NCBI GenBank assembly: GCA_965224245.1
Contig: OZ245046.1
Coordinates: forward strand, 5,115,583 to 5,179,582
Source of the DNA: Candidatus Eiseniibacteriota bacterium
GTDB taxonomy: Bacteria; Eisenbacteria; RBG-16-71-46; CAZAMP01
Reading direction: 5' to 3'
Length of the DNA: 64,000 bases
The notes under the pieces were generated by a model. That model did no database searches and was not told where the DNA came from. It was given only the letters and a program-made list of their open reading frames with translations. Shown one piece after another: positions 18,978 through 28,800 of this stretch (position 1 is the stretch's first letter; each line of letters starts with the position of its first letter). The position numbers were made by a program, and so were the translations under genes.

Positions 18978-19445
18978 ATGGGCATGTATCTGAAGTACGA
19001 GGGCGTCGAGGGGCCGATCACGGCCAGCGACTACAAGGGCTGGATCGAGATCGACTCGTTCGAGTTCGAGGTGAAGCGCGGTGAGTATGTCATGCTGGGA
19101 AACGGCACCAACAAGGCCACGAGCATCACCGGGGCCAAGATGACCAAGAAGGCCGACGGTGCGACCACGGCCCTGATGCGCGAGGCGTTTCGCGGCGCCG
19201 TGCGCGAGGATGCCCGGGTCCGGTTCGTCACCGGCGGCGAGCTCGTCGATCCGTACCTGGAGTTCGACTTCGATCGGGTAGTGCTGGCGTACTACGCCAT
19301 CGAGACCGTGAACGGCGCCCCGGTCGAGACGTTCGTCATGGAGTACGAACGGCTTCGATCCACCTACACCCCCCGGGACGCGACGGGCAAGCTCGACGCG
19401 CAAATTCCGGCCGGCTACGACCTGAAGGCGGGCACGCCGCTGTGA
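18978..19445 (+). CDS. hcp: Divergent Hcp family paralog
   Basis: MGMYLKYEGVEGPITASDYKGWIEIDSFEFEV aligns position-by-position with the N-terminus of the other two copies. The C-terminal ...YTPRDATGKL..IPAGYDLKAG aligns in parallel. The start was chosen by that alignment; the track ORF starts at 18960. Confidence 0.85.
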   Translation: MGMYLKYEGVEGPITASDYKGWIEIDSFEFEVKRGEYVMLGNGTNKATSITGAKMTKKADGATTALMREAFRGAVREDARVRFVTGGELVDPYLEFDFDRVVLAYYAIETVNGAPVETFVMEYERLRSTYTPRDATGKLDAQIPAGYDLKAGTPL

Positions 19446-19474
19446 GACGACGGCGGCCGCGCGGCTGTCGTCTC
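19444..19474. terminator. Hairpin between the convergent hcp3 and thrS genes
   Basis: gagacgac ... gtcgtctc: 8-bp stem around a GC-rich palindromic loop. It begins within the hcp3 stop codon. Confidence 0.4.
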
Positions 19475-19515
19475 CGCGGGACGAACGGTCGGCACGTCGC
19501 GCTCGGTGATGAGCG

Positions 19516-21594
19516 TCAGACGCCGGACGTGACCGCCGTATCGGACATCAGCTCCCGCCGCGCGATCTCGCCGGTGAGCGCGACCACGAACTCGTCCAGC
19601 GGTCGCGCGCCCAGATCGCCCTCGCCTCGACGCCGCACCGACACCGTGCGGGCGTCACGGTCGCGTCCGCCCACGATCAGGAGATACGGGATCCGCATCT
19701 CGGAGCCGGCCTTCACCTTCGCGGTGACCCGCTCGTCGCTCTCGTCGATCTCGGCGCGGACGCCGGCGTCGATCAGCGTCCGGAACACCTCGCGCCCGTA
19801 GTCGGTGAACTTCTCGCTGACCGGCAGCACGCGCGCCTGCACCGGCGCCAGCCAGGCGGGGAACGCCCCCGCGAAGTGCTCGATCAGGATGCCCACGAAC
19901 CGCTCGAACGATCCGAAGGGCGCCCGGTGGATCATGACCGGTCGATGCGGCTTGTTGTCCGGGCCGATGTACGACAGATCGAACCGCTCGGGCAGGTTGT
20001 AGTCCACCTGCACGGTCCCGAGCTGCCACTCGCGTCCGATCACGTCGCGGGCCACGAAGTCGATCTTGGGGCCGTAGAACGCCGCCTCGCCGGGCTCCAT
20101 GGTGTACGGCGCGCCCAGGGTCTTCGCCGCCGCCTCGCACGCGGCCTCGGCGCGAACCCACTTCTCGGCCTCGCCGGCGTACTTGTCGCTCTCGGGGTCG
20201 CGGAGGCCGACGCGCACGCGATAGTCGTGCATGCCGAGCGTACCCAGGATCAGCTTCACGAGGCTCAGACAGCCCAGAAGCTCCTCGGCGACCTGGTCCT
20301 CGGTGCAGAAGAGGTGCGCGTCGTCCTGGGTGAACCCGCGGACGCGGGTCATGCCGCTCAGCTCGCCCGACTGCTCCCAGCGATACACCGTCCCGAACTC
20401 GGCCAGCCGGATCGGCAGATCACGGTAGCTGTGCGGCTCGTTCGCGTAGATCTTGATGTGGTGCGGGCAGTTCATGGGCTTGAGCAGAAACCCCTCGATG
20501 TCGCCGGTGCGCATGTCGTTGCACAGCTCGGCGCACGAGCAGCTCCTCTCGACCATGTCCCGCAGGTGTTCGCCGTGCACGAGCGGCGGATACTGGCTGT
20601 CCTGGTAGTACGGGAAGTGACCGGACGTCTTGAACAGATCCAGCTTGCCGATGTGGGGCGTGTAGACCTGACGGTAGCCCTGCTTGACGAGCTCGGCGCG
20701 TATGAACTCCTCGAGCTCGCGGCGGATGACCGCGCCGTTCGGCTTCCACAGGATGAGCCCCTGGCCCACCGCCTCGTCGATGTGAAAGAGTCCGAGCTTC
20801 TTGCCGAGCACGCGGTGATCGCGCCTCCTGGCCTCCTCGATCGCCTCGAGGTGTGCCGCGAGCTGTCGCGGGTGCGGGAACGCGGTCCCGTAGACGCGGG
20901 TCAGGCTGTCCGAGTCGGCATCGCCGTGCCAGTACGCCGACGCGAGCGACATGACCTTGTACGCCCCGATGCGTCCGGTGCTGGGGACGTGCGGTCCGCG
21001 GCAGAGATCCTCGAAGTCGCGGCCCGGCTCACCGGTGGCGTACCAGGACAGCGCGTCGGAGCCGGCCTCCACCGCGCGCTCGGCGTTGTCGAGCTTGTAC
21101 TTCGAGCCCTCGTCGCGGAGCTTCCGCATGCCTTCGTCGACGGGGAGCTCGTACCGGGTGAAGGCGCGATCCTCGGCGATGATCGCGGCCATCTCCTTCT
21201 CGATGGCGTCGAAGTCGTCCGAGCTCAGCGGGCGCGCATCGGGGATGTAGATGTCGTAGTAGAACCCGGTGTCCACGGGGGGGCCGTACACGAGGAGCGC
21301 GTCCGGAACGAGGCGCTGGATCGCCTCGGCCATCACGTGGGCGGCGCTGTGTCGCACGAGGAAGAGAGCGTCGTCCGAAGGGGTGTCCTTCGGACCGCCG
21401 GGCGTCACGATGGAGAGCTCCGCGTCGGTGTCGATCGGACGCGAAAGGTCGGTCAGCTCTCCGTTGACGCGGGCACCGATGGCGGCCTTGGCCAGCCCCG
21501 GGCCGATGTCGGCCGCCACGCGGGCGGCGCTCACCGGTGCGTCATACTCGCGGACGGTTCCGTCCGGAAGTGTGATGCGCGGCATGTGACTCCT
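19516..21594 (-). CDS. thrS: Threonine--tRNA ligase
   Basis: MPRITLPDGTVREYD (TGS domain), an HSAAHVMAEA editing-domain motif, class II core motifs and an anticodon-binding C-terminus. AGGAG lies upstream of the ATG at 21594. The track ORF extension to 22440 is off-gene. Confidence 0.95.
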   Translation of the reverse strand, partial: RSHMPRITLPDGTVREYDAPVSAARVAADIGPGLAKAAIGARVNGELTDLSRPIDTDAELSIVTPGGPKDTPSDDALFLVRHSAAHVMAEAIQRLVPDALLVYGPPVDTGFYYDIYIPDARPLSSDDFDAIEKEMAAIIAEDRAFTRYELPVDEGMRKLRDEGSKYKLDNAERAVEAGSDALSWYATGEPGRDFEDLCRGPHVPSTGRIGAYKVMSLASAYWHGDADSDSLTRVYGTAFPHPRQLAAHLEAIEEARRRDHRVLGKKLGLFHIDEAVGQGLILWKPNGAVIRRELEEFIRAELVKQGYRQVYTPHIGKLDLFKTSGHFPYYQDSQYPPLVHGEHLRDMVERSCSCAELCNDMRTGDIEGFLLKPMNCPHHIKIYANEPHSYRDLPIRLAEFGTVYRWEQSGELSGMTRVRGFTQDDAHLFCTEDQVAEELLGCLSLVKLILGTLGMHDYRVRVGLRDPESDKYAGEAEKWVRAEAACEAAAKTLGAPYTMEPGEAAFYGPKIDFVARDVIGREWQLGTVQVDYNLPERFDLSYIGPDNKPHRPVMIHRAPFGSFERFVGILIEHFAGAFPAWLAPVQARVLPVSEKFTDYGREVFRTLIDAGVRAEIDESDERVTAKVKAGSEMRIPYLLIVGGRDRDARTVSVRRRGEGDLGARPLDEFVVALTGEIARRELMSDTAVTSGV

Positions 21595-21750
21595 CGTTCT
21601 CGTGGGCCCGTCCGAGGCCGGGCGCAGGGTAAAAGGTGTGAGATTGTAGCCGCTCTGCGCTCGTTCTGGCAAACTGCGAGCACGTCCCGCGGGGCTCTCG
21701 CTCGCGGTGACGCTGCTCACGCCCTTCCAGACTCCCACAGAGGTCGCGCC

Positions 21751-22482
21751 GTGAATCCCGTGCTCGAGCTGATGTCGGACCACCGATCGGTCCGCGCGTT
21801 CACCGACGAGCCCGTCTCCGACGAGGTCGTCCGCCGCGCGGTGGGCGCCGCCCAGATGGCGGCCACGTCCAGTCACATCCAGGCATACGCGGTCGTCCGC
21901 GTGGTCGATCCCGAGGTCCGATCCGAGCTCGTGACGCTGACCGGGGGGCAGCGGTACGTGGCGTCCTGCGGGGCGTTCCTCGTGATCGCCGGCGACGTCC
22001 GTCGCCATCGACTGGTCGCCGAGCGCGCGGGTGTGGACAACGTCCAGAACCTCGAGACGTTCCTTCTCGCCGTCGTCGACGCGTCGTTGTTCGCGCAGAA
22101 CCTCGCGCTGGCCCTCGAGTCCGAGGGGCTGGGCATCTGCTACATCGGGGGACTGCGCAATCGACTTCCCGAGGCCGATCGGCTCCTCGGACTGCCCGAC
22201 GGCGTGTGGCCCCTCTACGGGCTGTGCGTCGGTGTGCCCGAGACGCGTCCCGGGAAGAAGCCCCGTCTTCCGATCGACGCCGTCTACGCGGTCGGGCGCT
22301 ATCCGGCCGACGAGAGCATGCGCCGGCACATCGAGGCGTACGACGCCGAGATGGCCGACTATTACGCCGGAAGAGGGCTCGACGGGCGAACGTGGTCCGG
22401 GGGGATCGAGCGGCGATTCGCCGCCGCAAGTCGCGGGCACCTAGCCGGGTTCTATCGTGCGAAGGGTGCTCGTCTGGAATGA
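21751..22482 (+). CDS. NfsA-like oxygen-insensitive NAD(P)H nitroreductase
   Basis: VNPVLELMSDHRSVRAFTDEPVSDE... matches the NfsA family N-terminus, and the length is about 243 aa. GTG start at 21751. The 5' 1.9 kb of the 868-aa track ORF is antisense to thrS. Confidence 0.85.
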   Translation: MNPVLELMSDHRSVRAFTDEPVSDEVVRRAVGAAQMAATSSHIQAYAVVRVVDPEVRSELVTLTGGQRYVASCGAFLVIAGDVRRHRLVAERAGVDNVQNLETFLLAVVDASLFAQNLALALESEGLGICYIGGLRNRLPEADRLLGLPDGVWPLYGLCVGVPETRPGKKPRLPIDAVYAVGRYPADESMRRHIEAYDAEMADYYAGRGLDGRTWSGGIERRFAAASRGHLAGFYRAKGARLE

Positions 22483-22640
22483 GCGTGCTCTGGCTCGTGC
22501 CACCGCTCGCTGCGCTCCTGATCGCGTGCAGCCTTGCGGGCGCACCGGAAGCGACGGCAGCCGCGGAAAGCCGCGTTGCCGTGGACTCCAAGCTCATCGT
22601 CTCGCCGCGGATCGTGCCGCGAGGCGGTGCCGGGCCGTGA
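22479..22640 (+). CDS. Possible small lipoprotein (53 aa) or the N-terminal remnant of a decayed gene
   Basis: ATGA start/stop overlap with the nitroreductase gene, and the lipobox-like signal MSVLWLVPPLAALLIACS. No family is recognised. See the finding on the island boundary. Confidence 0.3.
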   Translation: MSVLWLVPPLAALLIACSLAGAPEATAAAESRVAVDSKLIVSPRIVPRGGAGP

Positions 22641-23164
22641 AGAGCCGCCGAACCCCCATGCGCGCTGCGCCGCCGCCGGATCGTCTCTCGAGCACGACTA
22701 CATCACCCACGAGCTGACTGTGACCCGGCTCGATGGCTACACCTACGAGGACGCGGGCACTGATCGCCCGCAGCGTGGAGGCGGAGCCGCGCGGGTCGGT
22801 GATCACCAGGGCGCCCCGACGCGTGCTGATCGACCTCCGCGGCGGTGAGTGCTCCACCGGTCGTCGGCTCCTGCGACGTGCGGCACCGGTTTCGGGCGCG
22901 TATGGGGTTCCCACGCAACTGGACACCACCGCGTCGTTCGTCTCCGAGATCGGGATCTGATCGCGTACGCCGCCTGGGGATCCCAACGACCTGCCCATCG
23001 GCGCGCCCTGTCGTAGGGTCGGTGGCTGGGGCGGCGTTCTATCTGGCGATGCCGTACCTGAGTTGATCGGTTCTGGTTGTGGGGGATCCGTTATCGTCCC
23101 TGAGCCCGGGAGACTCACCGGAAAGCCGCCGAAGCCGAAAAAGTCTCCCGCCGCGGTCCCGACT

Positions 23165-23212
23165 GATATACTATATATCATCTGTAGCCGATGCGTATCT
23201 CATCTATGAGAT
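23165..23212 (+). promoter_or_regulatory. AT-rich putative promoter/operator upstream of the island operon
   Basis: gatatactatatatc (TATA-rich, 6-3-6 inverted repeat) followed by the perfect inverted repeat atctcat-ct-atgagat (23197..23212). This is the most AT-rich tract of the window and lies about 35-80 nt upstream of the ATG at 23247. Confidence 0.3.
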
Positions 23213-23246
23213 CGAATCAATCGAAGCTCCGCCCAAGGATCCCAAG

Positions 23247-23777
23247 ATGGAGAATGACCAACAGCCTGTCGTCACCGGCGAGCCTCAGCCCCCAGCGAGA
23301 TCTTCGACACCGCAGTCGGTGCATGCCAATGCGGATCCCCCTTCCTCGCCGGCTCCGGAGGGCTCGCCGTCTCGTGTGACCGAAGCGGCGCCGCAGTCGC
23401 CGGCGTCGCCAGCTGTGGATCCCACGCAGGACGAGATCAGGACTCGTCTCGCCCGACTCCGTCGGGCCGAGCGCACGCACGAGATGCTGATCAATCTAAC
23501 GGATGTCGGCCGGATCGCCTTCGGCCTGCTCGTACTCCTCGTATGTCTCTGGGTCCTGATCTCGAACGTGGCAAGCAACGGCGGGGCCGGTCCTCGTCCC
23601 ACCGATACTCTGATCAAAGACAGTGTGAATCAGGGAGCCATCGGGGTCGGATCGACCGGAGTCGTCGGCTTTCTGACGAAGGTCCGGAACAGCCGCAACG
23701 AGGATCTCAACACCGTTCGGGCCGAGATCCGGCAATACATGGAAATGCTCAAGGAACAAGCCAATGCCAACAGCTGA
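23247..23777 (+). CDS. Hypothetical single-pass membrane protein with a Pro/Ser-rich N-terminus
   Basis: ATG preceded by AAGGA. TM segment is IAFGLLVLLVCLWVLISNV. The 3' end overlaps the next gene by 14 nt. No family is recognised. Confidence 0.55.
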   Translation: MENDQQPVVTGEPQPPARSSTPQSVHANADPPSSPAPEGSPSRVTEAAPQSPASPAVDPTQDEIRTRLARLRRAERTHEMLINLTDVGRIAFGLLVLLVCLWVLISNVASNGGAGPRPTDTLIKDSVNQGAIGVGSTGVVGFLTKVRNSRNEDLNTVRAEIRQYMEMLKEQANANS

Positions 23778-25167
23778 GGCACCCCGAACCCGCCACAGGA
23801 GTACCCCGTGCGATTCACGACGAGCCGAGTCGTTGATCGAGAAGGCCCGACAGCAGCGCATTGCGGCGATATTCTTTGCGGTTCAAGGGCTGATCAGCGC
23901 GGGTTACATCGCGTATATCCTGGCCTACATCGACGTCGTACGGCAGTTCACGACCGAGGAGAGCGCTCAAGTGGTGAGCCTCGTCATCCTCGGTGTCAGT
24001 TTCCTCTTCGAGGCCATCTTCGAGATCCCGGCGGGACGTGTCTCGGACCGCAGGGGGCACCTGGCCACCGTGCGGCTTAGTCTAGGTTGGTACACGGTCC
24101 ACGCGCTGCTCTACGTCGTGGCCGCCGTAGCCGCCTCGACCGCGCTACCCATAGCCATGGGTTTGCTCCTGATAGGAGCCGGCGAACTCGCACTGCGCGG
24201 CGGGATTGCGCTCGAGAGCGGTGCATTGTCGAGTTGGTTCGTCACGTCGATGCGGTCCGCAGGCTACCGCGGTGAGCTTGCGGGCTACATGGCGAAGCGG
24301 AGACTGGTGACGAATCTCGTCTGGTTGGTTGTGGGCGGCCTGGTCCTCACGGCGTTGGACTCGCTCGGACCGTGGCGGCTCTACTTTCCGTTCATCATCT
24401 CGGCGGTCATGTACGCGTCCGCTCTGGTCGTCGCCCGAGCATTCGCACGTTCGGCAAAGCGGGAGAGCAGCGAGCTCTCCGCCCACGCCGGCTCTTTCCG
24501 GTTGGGACTCCGGCAGATTGGATCGAACCGTATCCTGCGCGGCGTCATCGTCACACACACCGTGTTCTGGACGCTCGGGCTACTCCTTCTCTACTACTTC
24601 AAGGTCCCACTGGAGCCCCTGCGGGATGAGCCTGTACCGATCAGCTTCTCGACGGCGGCGATCTGCGCCTGGGCTTGCATGTTGGTGATGCGAACGCTGG
24701 CTTCGTACACGATGTCTTCGGTATCGGAGCGGTTGCTCTCGAGGTACAGGCTGGTGATCTACATCGCCGGTCAGCTACTGATGGCGGGGCCGGTTTTCTT
24801 GATCGCCTCGACCTTCAACGGCCAGCCGATGGACACGCCGCGCGCACTCATCATCTTCTTCTTGCTCCTGGCCGTGACGCGGTTCGGCCAAGAGATCTGT
24901 AAGCCGCTCGCGTTGGCTTGGATACATGAGGTGATCGGGTCTCCCGGTAACGAGGAACTCGAGCACAATCGAGCGACGATCGAGTCGATCGTCGAGGCAA
25001 CCAGCGTCCTGGGCATGGTAGTGGTCGCGGGCATGGCGCTGCTTTCGATGCTCGATTGGGTGCCTTTTGGGAAGGACGAGACCGTGATCCCGATCATGGC
25101 CGTGGTTGGGCTCGCGATCGTCGCCGTGAACATCCCGATGTCATTGATGGCACTGCGCCGGAAGTGA
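23764..25167 (+). CDS. MFS-type transporter (about 12 TM helices)
   Basis: An MFS loop 2-3 signature-like segment (EIPAGRVSDRRGH) and repeated 6+6 TM organisation. Codon usage is unusual for this window (ATA, TTG, CTA, AGT, GGT). Confidence 0.75.
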   Translation: MPTAEAPRTRHRSTPCDSRRAESLIEKARQQRIAAIFFAVQGLISAGYIAYILAYIDVVRQFTTEESAQVVSLVILGVSFLFEAIFEIPAGRVSDRRGHLATVRLSLGWYTVHALLYVVAAVAASTALPIAMGLLLIGAGELALRGGIALESGALSSWFVTSMRSAGYRGELAGYMAKRRLVTNLVWLVVGGLVLTALDSLGPWRLYFPFIISAVMYASALVVARAFARSAKRESSELSAHAGSFRLGLRQIGSNRILRGVIVTHTVFWTLGLLLLYYFKVPLEPLRDEPVPISFSTAAICAWACMLVMRTLASYTMSSVSERLLSRYRLVIYIAGQLLMAGPVFLIASTFNGQPMDTPRALIIFFLLLAVTRFGQEICKPLALAWIHEVIGSPGNEELEHNRATIESIVEATSVLGMVVVAGMALLSMLDWVPFGKDETVIPIMAVVGLAIVAVNIPMSLMALRRK

Positions 25168-25191
25168 TGGGCGCGAGCCACGCGCCCATCA
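25165..25191. terminator. Hairpin between the convergent MFS gene and the small minus-strand gene
   Basis: tgatgggcgcg / agcca / cgcgcccatca: 11-bp perfect stem starting at the MFS stop codon. Confidence 0.45.
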
Positions 25192-25256
25192 GCTCGAAGG
25201 ACCTGAGGTCGTTCGCCAAGCTGGATGCTGCAGCTCGTGCGACGGTGCATCCCTTC

Positions 25257-25649
25257 TCAGAGCCGGTTTCGCTCCTCTTCGAGCTTCGCGAGGCGCCGCT
25301 CGCCGAGGCGCAGGGAGATCTCGCTGGCCAGATCGTGTGCCAGCTCGCGGTGCTCGCCCTTGATCCGCAGCTTCACCTCTCCCCGCCGGCTGGTCGGGAT
25401 CGACTCGATCGCGTCGAGGCGCGTGGCTCGGATCACCAGATGCGTCTTCCAGAACCGCTTCTCGACCGAGACGTCACCGATGGCGTCCAGCGGGAGCTCG
25501 ACGTGCGTGGCCGCGCTCTTGACGACGCCGATGAAGGCGTCCCGCGTCTGAAACTCGAGCACGAGGACGTCGTTCTCGAACCGGGCGATGCCCTCGCACT
25601 CGGCGAAGCCCTCGTACACGTCGTCCAGACTGAACGGAATGACACTCAT
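25257..25649 (-). CDS. Hypothetical 130-aa cytoplasmic protein
   Basis: MSVIPFSLDDVYEGF... The beta-rich N-terminal part is followed by a charged C-terminal helix (LGERRLAKLEEERNRL). The start is at an internal ATG; the upstream part of the 314-aa track ORF is Arg/Pro junk. No family is recognised. Confidence 0.55.
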   Translation of the reverse strand: MSVIPFSLDDVYEGFAECEGIARFENDVLVLEFQTRDAFIGVVKSAATHVELPLDAIGDVSVEKRFWKTHLVIRATRLDAIESIPTSRRGEVKLRIKGEHRELAHDLASEISLRLGERRLAKLEEERNRL

Positions 25650-25881
25650 CGCGTCGACCCTCGCTTCCAAGGCACGAGACCGTGACACGGTCGAGTATAC
25701 GTCAGCGGCCCGGGGAGGTGTGAGGGCGCTGGAGTGAGCCTCGGGTGTGGACGTCCCCGAGACCGCAGCGCCGAACGTGTCCGGCGTGGGCGCAGATGAT
25801 CGGTGGGCCTGCGGTGCGGGGCGACACCGTGCCGCCCCGCGAGATCGAGCCCGCCGAGATCGCCTCACCGGTCGTTCCACA

Positions 25882-28800
25882 TCATCGGACGACGACCACG
25901 CGCCCCCCAGTGGTGGATCGACCGGCACGGAGCCGGTAGTAGTACACGCCAGCCGGGACGACCTCGCCGCGGTGGTCACGGCCATCCCAGCGAAGCGACC
26001 TGGGCCCCGGGTCCGAACGGGCATCGGTCTCGAGCACGCGAACGAGTGCGCCGCCGACGTCGAACACGTCGCAGCGGACCGGCCCGGACTCGGCCGTCGA
26101 GAAGCGGATCGACGTCGACACCCGAAACGGGCTCGGCACCGCCCGGGCGCCGAGCCGCCGCGCGGCCGGGGCCGCCACCTCGGGACCGTGGAGGAGCGCA
26201 TCTCCGCGGATCCACACGTCGCCGAGCACGCCCCCGGCGTCGCCTCCGAGCACGACGAGCCCGCGACCGGGTACCACGTCCGCGCTGTGGAGCCGTCTGG
26301 CGACCGGAGAGACCTCGTCGTCCAGTAGCTCCCACGACGTCCCGTCGCTCAGCCACGCGTCGGACAGGTACAGGCCATCGGCCACGCCGCCGTGGACGTA
26401 GACGACGTCGCAGTCCGCGTCGTACGCCATGCGGTGGTGTCCCCGGGCGCTCGGCCCCGCGGTCCCGAGGCTCGTCCAGGTCGCGCCGTCGTAGCTCCAG
26501 TGTGCATCGCTCTCGTCGCCGCCCGGGAGGATCCCGCCGAACATGTGGATGTGTCCCCGGGCACTCGCGTACACCATCTGATGCCCGGACCTGGAACCCG
26601 GGGGGCTCGACTGGATGACGCGCGTCCACGTCACGCCGTCGTACTCGAACGTGGAGTCGGATCGCCCCGAGCCGCTGTCACCGCCGTAGAGCACCGTCAC
26701 GCCCCGCGCTGCATCGTACGCGAGGCCGACGCTGCGAAGCGCCGGGCCGGTGTCGGTGACGTACGTCCAGCTCTCCCCGTCCCACTCCCACGTGTCGTCG
26801 AGGTTCCCGCTCGCGCCGCTGCCGGAGATCATCACGATCACCTCCCGCACGGCGTCGTAGACCATCGACGCGGAGGAGCGCGCCGGCGGGCGAACCGCGG
26901 GCATCCGCTCGGACCACGCCTCGCCGCTCCAGACCCACGTGTCGTCGAGACGGCTGGTGCCGTCGAACCCGCCGAACAGGACGAGCTCGTCGCGAGCCGC
27001 ATCGTACGCGGTCGCATGTCCGGAGCGTGGGCTGGGTCCGGCGGCCCGTTCCGTCCACACCGGCATGCCGAGGCATCGCTCTGCGCTGTCGCAGTGCTCG
27101 GGCAGGATCGCGAGCCCCTCGGCGGTGGCCACGTAGAGGTTCTCGCCAAACGTGACGAGATCCGTCGGCACCCAGGCGATCGCGGCCGCTCCGATCCGCT
27201 GAACGGCGGCCGGGTCGCCGACGTCGAGGACCTCGATCCCGCGATCGTGGTTCGTGTTGGCGCCGTAGCTCACGTATGCGACGTCGCCGTCGATCGCGAC
27301 CCCCACAGCTCCGGCCGGCGTGCGATACGTGTCGACGAGCACGGGCGCGAGCGGATCGGAGACGTCGATGATCTGAAGTCCGAGGTACCCGTCCGCGATG
27401 AACGCCGTCGAGCCGACCACCTCGATGTCGTGCGCCTCCGCGTCGACCCACGTCAGTCCCGCAACATGCAGCGGAGCCGATGGATCACCGACGTCGACGA
27501 CCTCGAGGCCACCGTTTTCGCGTGCGACGTAGGCCATCGTCCCGACGACGTCGACACGCCACGCCTGACCCGGAACCGCGGCACTCCCGACGATTGCGGG
27601 TGCGTTCGGGTCACTCACGTCGATGACCTGGAGATCACCGAGATCGTCCGCGACGTACGCGTACGTGCCGACGACGTCGACACCGGCGGCGCTCCCCGGG
27701 GTGACCACGGACCCGAGAGCGACCGGCGTCAACGGGTTGCTCACATCCAGGATCACCAGACCTTCCGCGAGCGCCGCGACGTAGGCCAGCGGTCCGACGA
27801 TCTCGACATCGCTGGCGGATGCCGGCGACGCCGCCTCGAGGAGCACGGTCGGTGCGGTCGGGTCGGAGACGTCCACGATCGCGAGCCCCTCGGCAGGTGT
27901 GGCCAGGAACGCGTTGTCGTCGACGACCGCGACCGCGTACGCTGACGTGTATGCGTCGATGAACCCGACGGGCTCGACCGCCACCGGAGGTGCCACGTCG
28001 AGGGTCTCGACGTGCCCCTCGTCGTGGGGGTAGTTCACGGTGACGTACACGGTGCCGGATGCGACGTCGATGCCCCGTCCCATCTCGCCCAGCACGTCGA
28101 CCTCGTACGCCACCTCCGGAGCGCTCGGGTCGGTGACGTCCATGATGCAGATCCCTCCGGCCAGCGCTGCGTACACGATGCCATCGGACACGGCGACGTC
28201 CACGACGTCGGATGTCCCCGGCAGGCTTCCGAGCGCGGTCGGGTTCGTCGGATCGGATACGTCGAAGGTCTCGAAGAAGTACACGCCCGCGACGTACGCG
28301 ATGTCGCCGTCCAGCACGACATCGCGCCCGATACCGGCCAGGGGCACGCTGCCGATCTCGTACGCGAGCGCGGGGTCGGAAGCCTCGATGACGTGAAGGG
28401 TCCCGCTCTGGGTGGGCACGTAGACGAGCGAGCCGGACACCGCCAGCCCGACCGTGTACGCGTCGACGAACGGAACGGTGGCCACCTCCGTGGGCGCATC
28501 CGGATCGCTCACGTCGAAGACGTGGAGGCCGTCGGAGAAGTCCGCGACGAAGGCGGCGGTGCCGGAGACCTCGACGTCGAACGCATCGCCCGGGGTCGCG
28601 CTCACGCCCCGCAACGTCGGCGCCGCGGGGTCGGAGACGTCCACGATCCGGAACCCCGCCGGGCCGTCGCCCACGTACGCGAGGCCGCCCACGACGTCCA
28701 CGCCGAACGCCCAGCCCGGCGTGTCCACCGACCCGACGACCACGGGGGCCGTGGGGTCGGTCACGTCCAGGATCACGAGTCCTGCTTCTGCCGCAGCCAC

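Noticed and set aside
19876-21750. The 5' two-thirds of the 868-aa plus-strand ORF 19876..22482
   Set aside because: This part is antisense to thrS. Only the last 243 codons (from the GTG at 21751) match the NfsA nitroreductase family.
22594-23181. 195-aa minus-strand ORF spanning the gap left of the island
   Set aside because: The translation is Pro/Gly/Arg/Ser-rich with no TM segment, signal or motif. The plus strand shows better, though fragmented, coding signatures.
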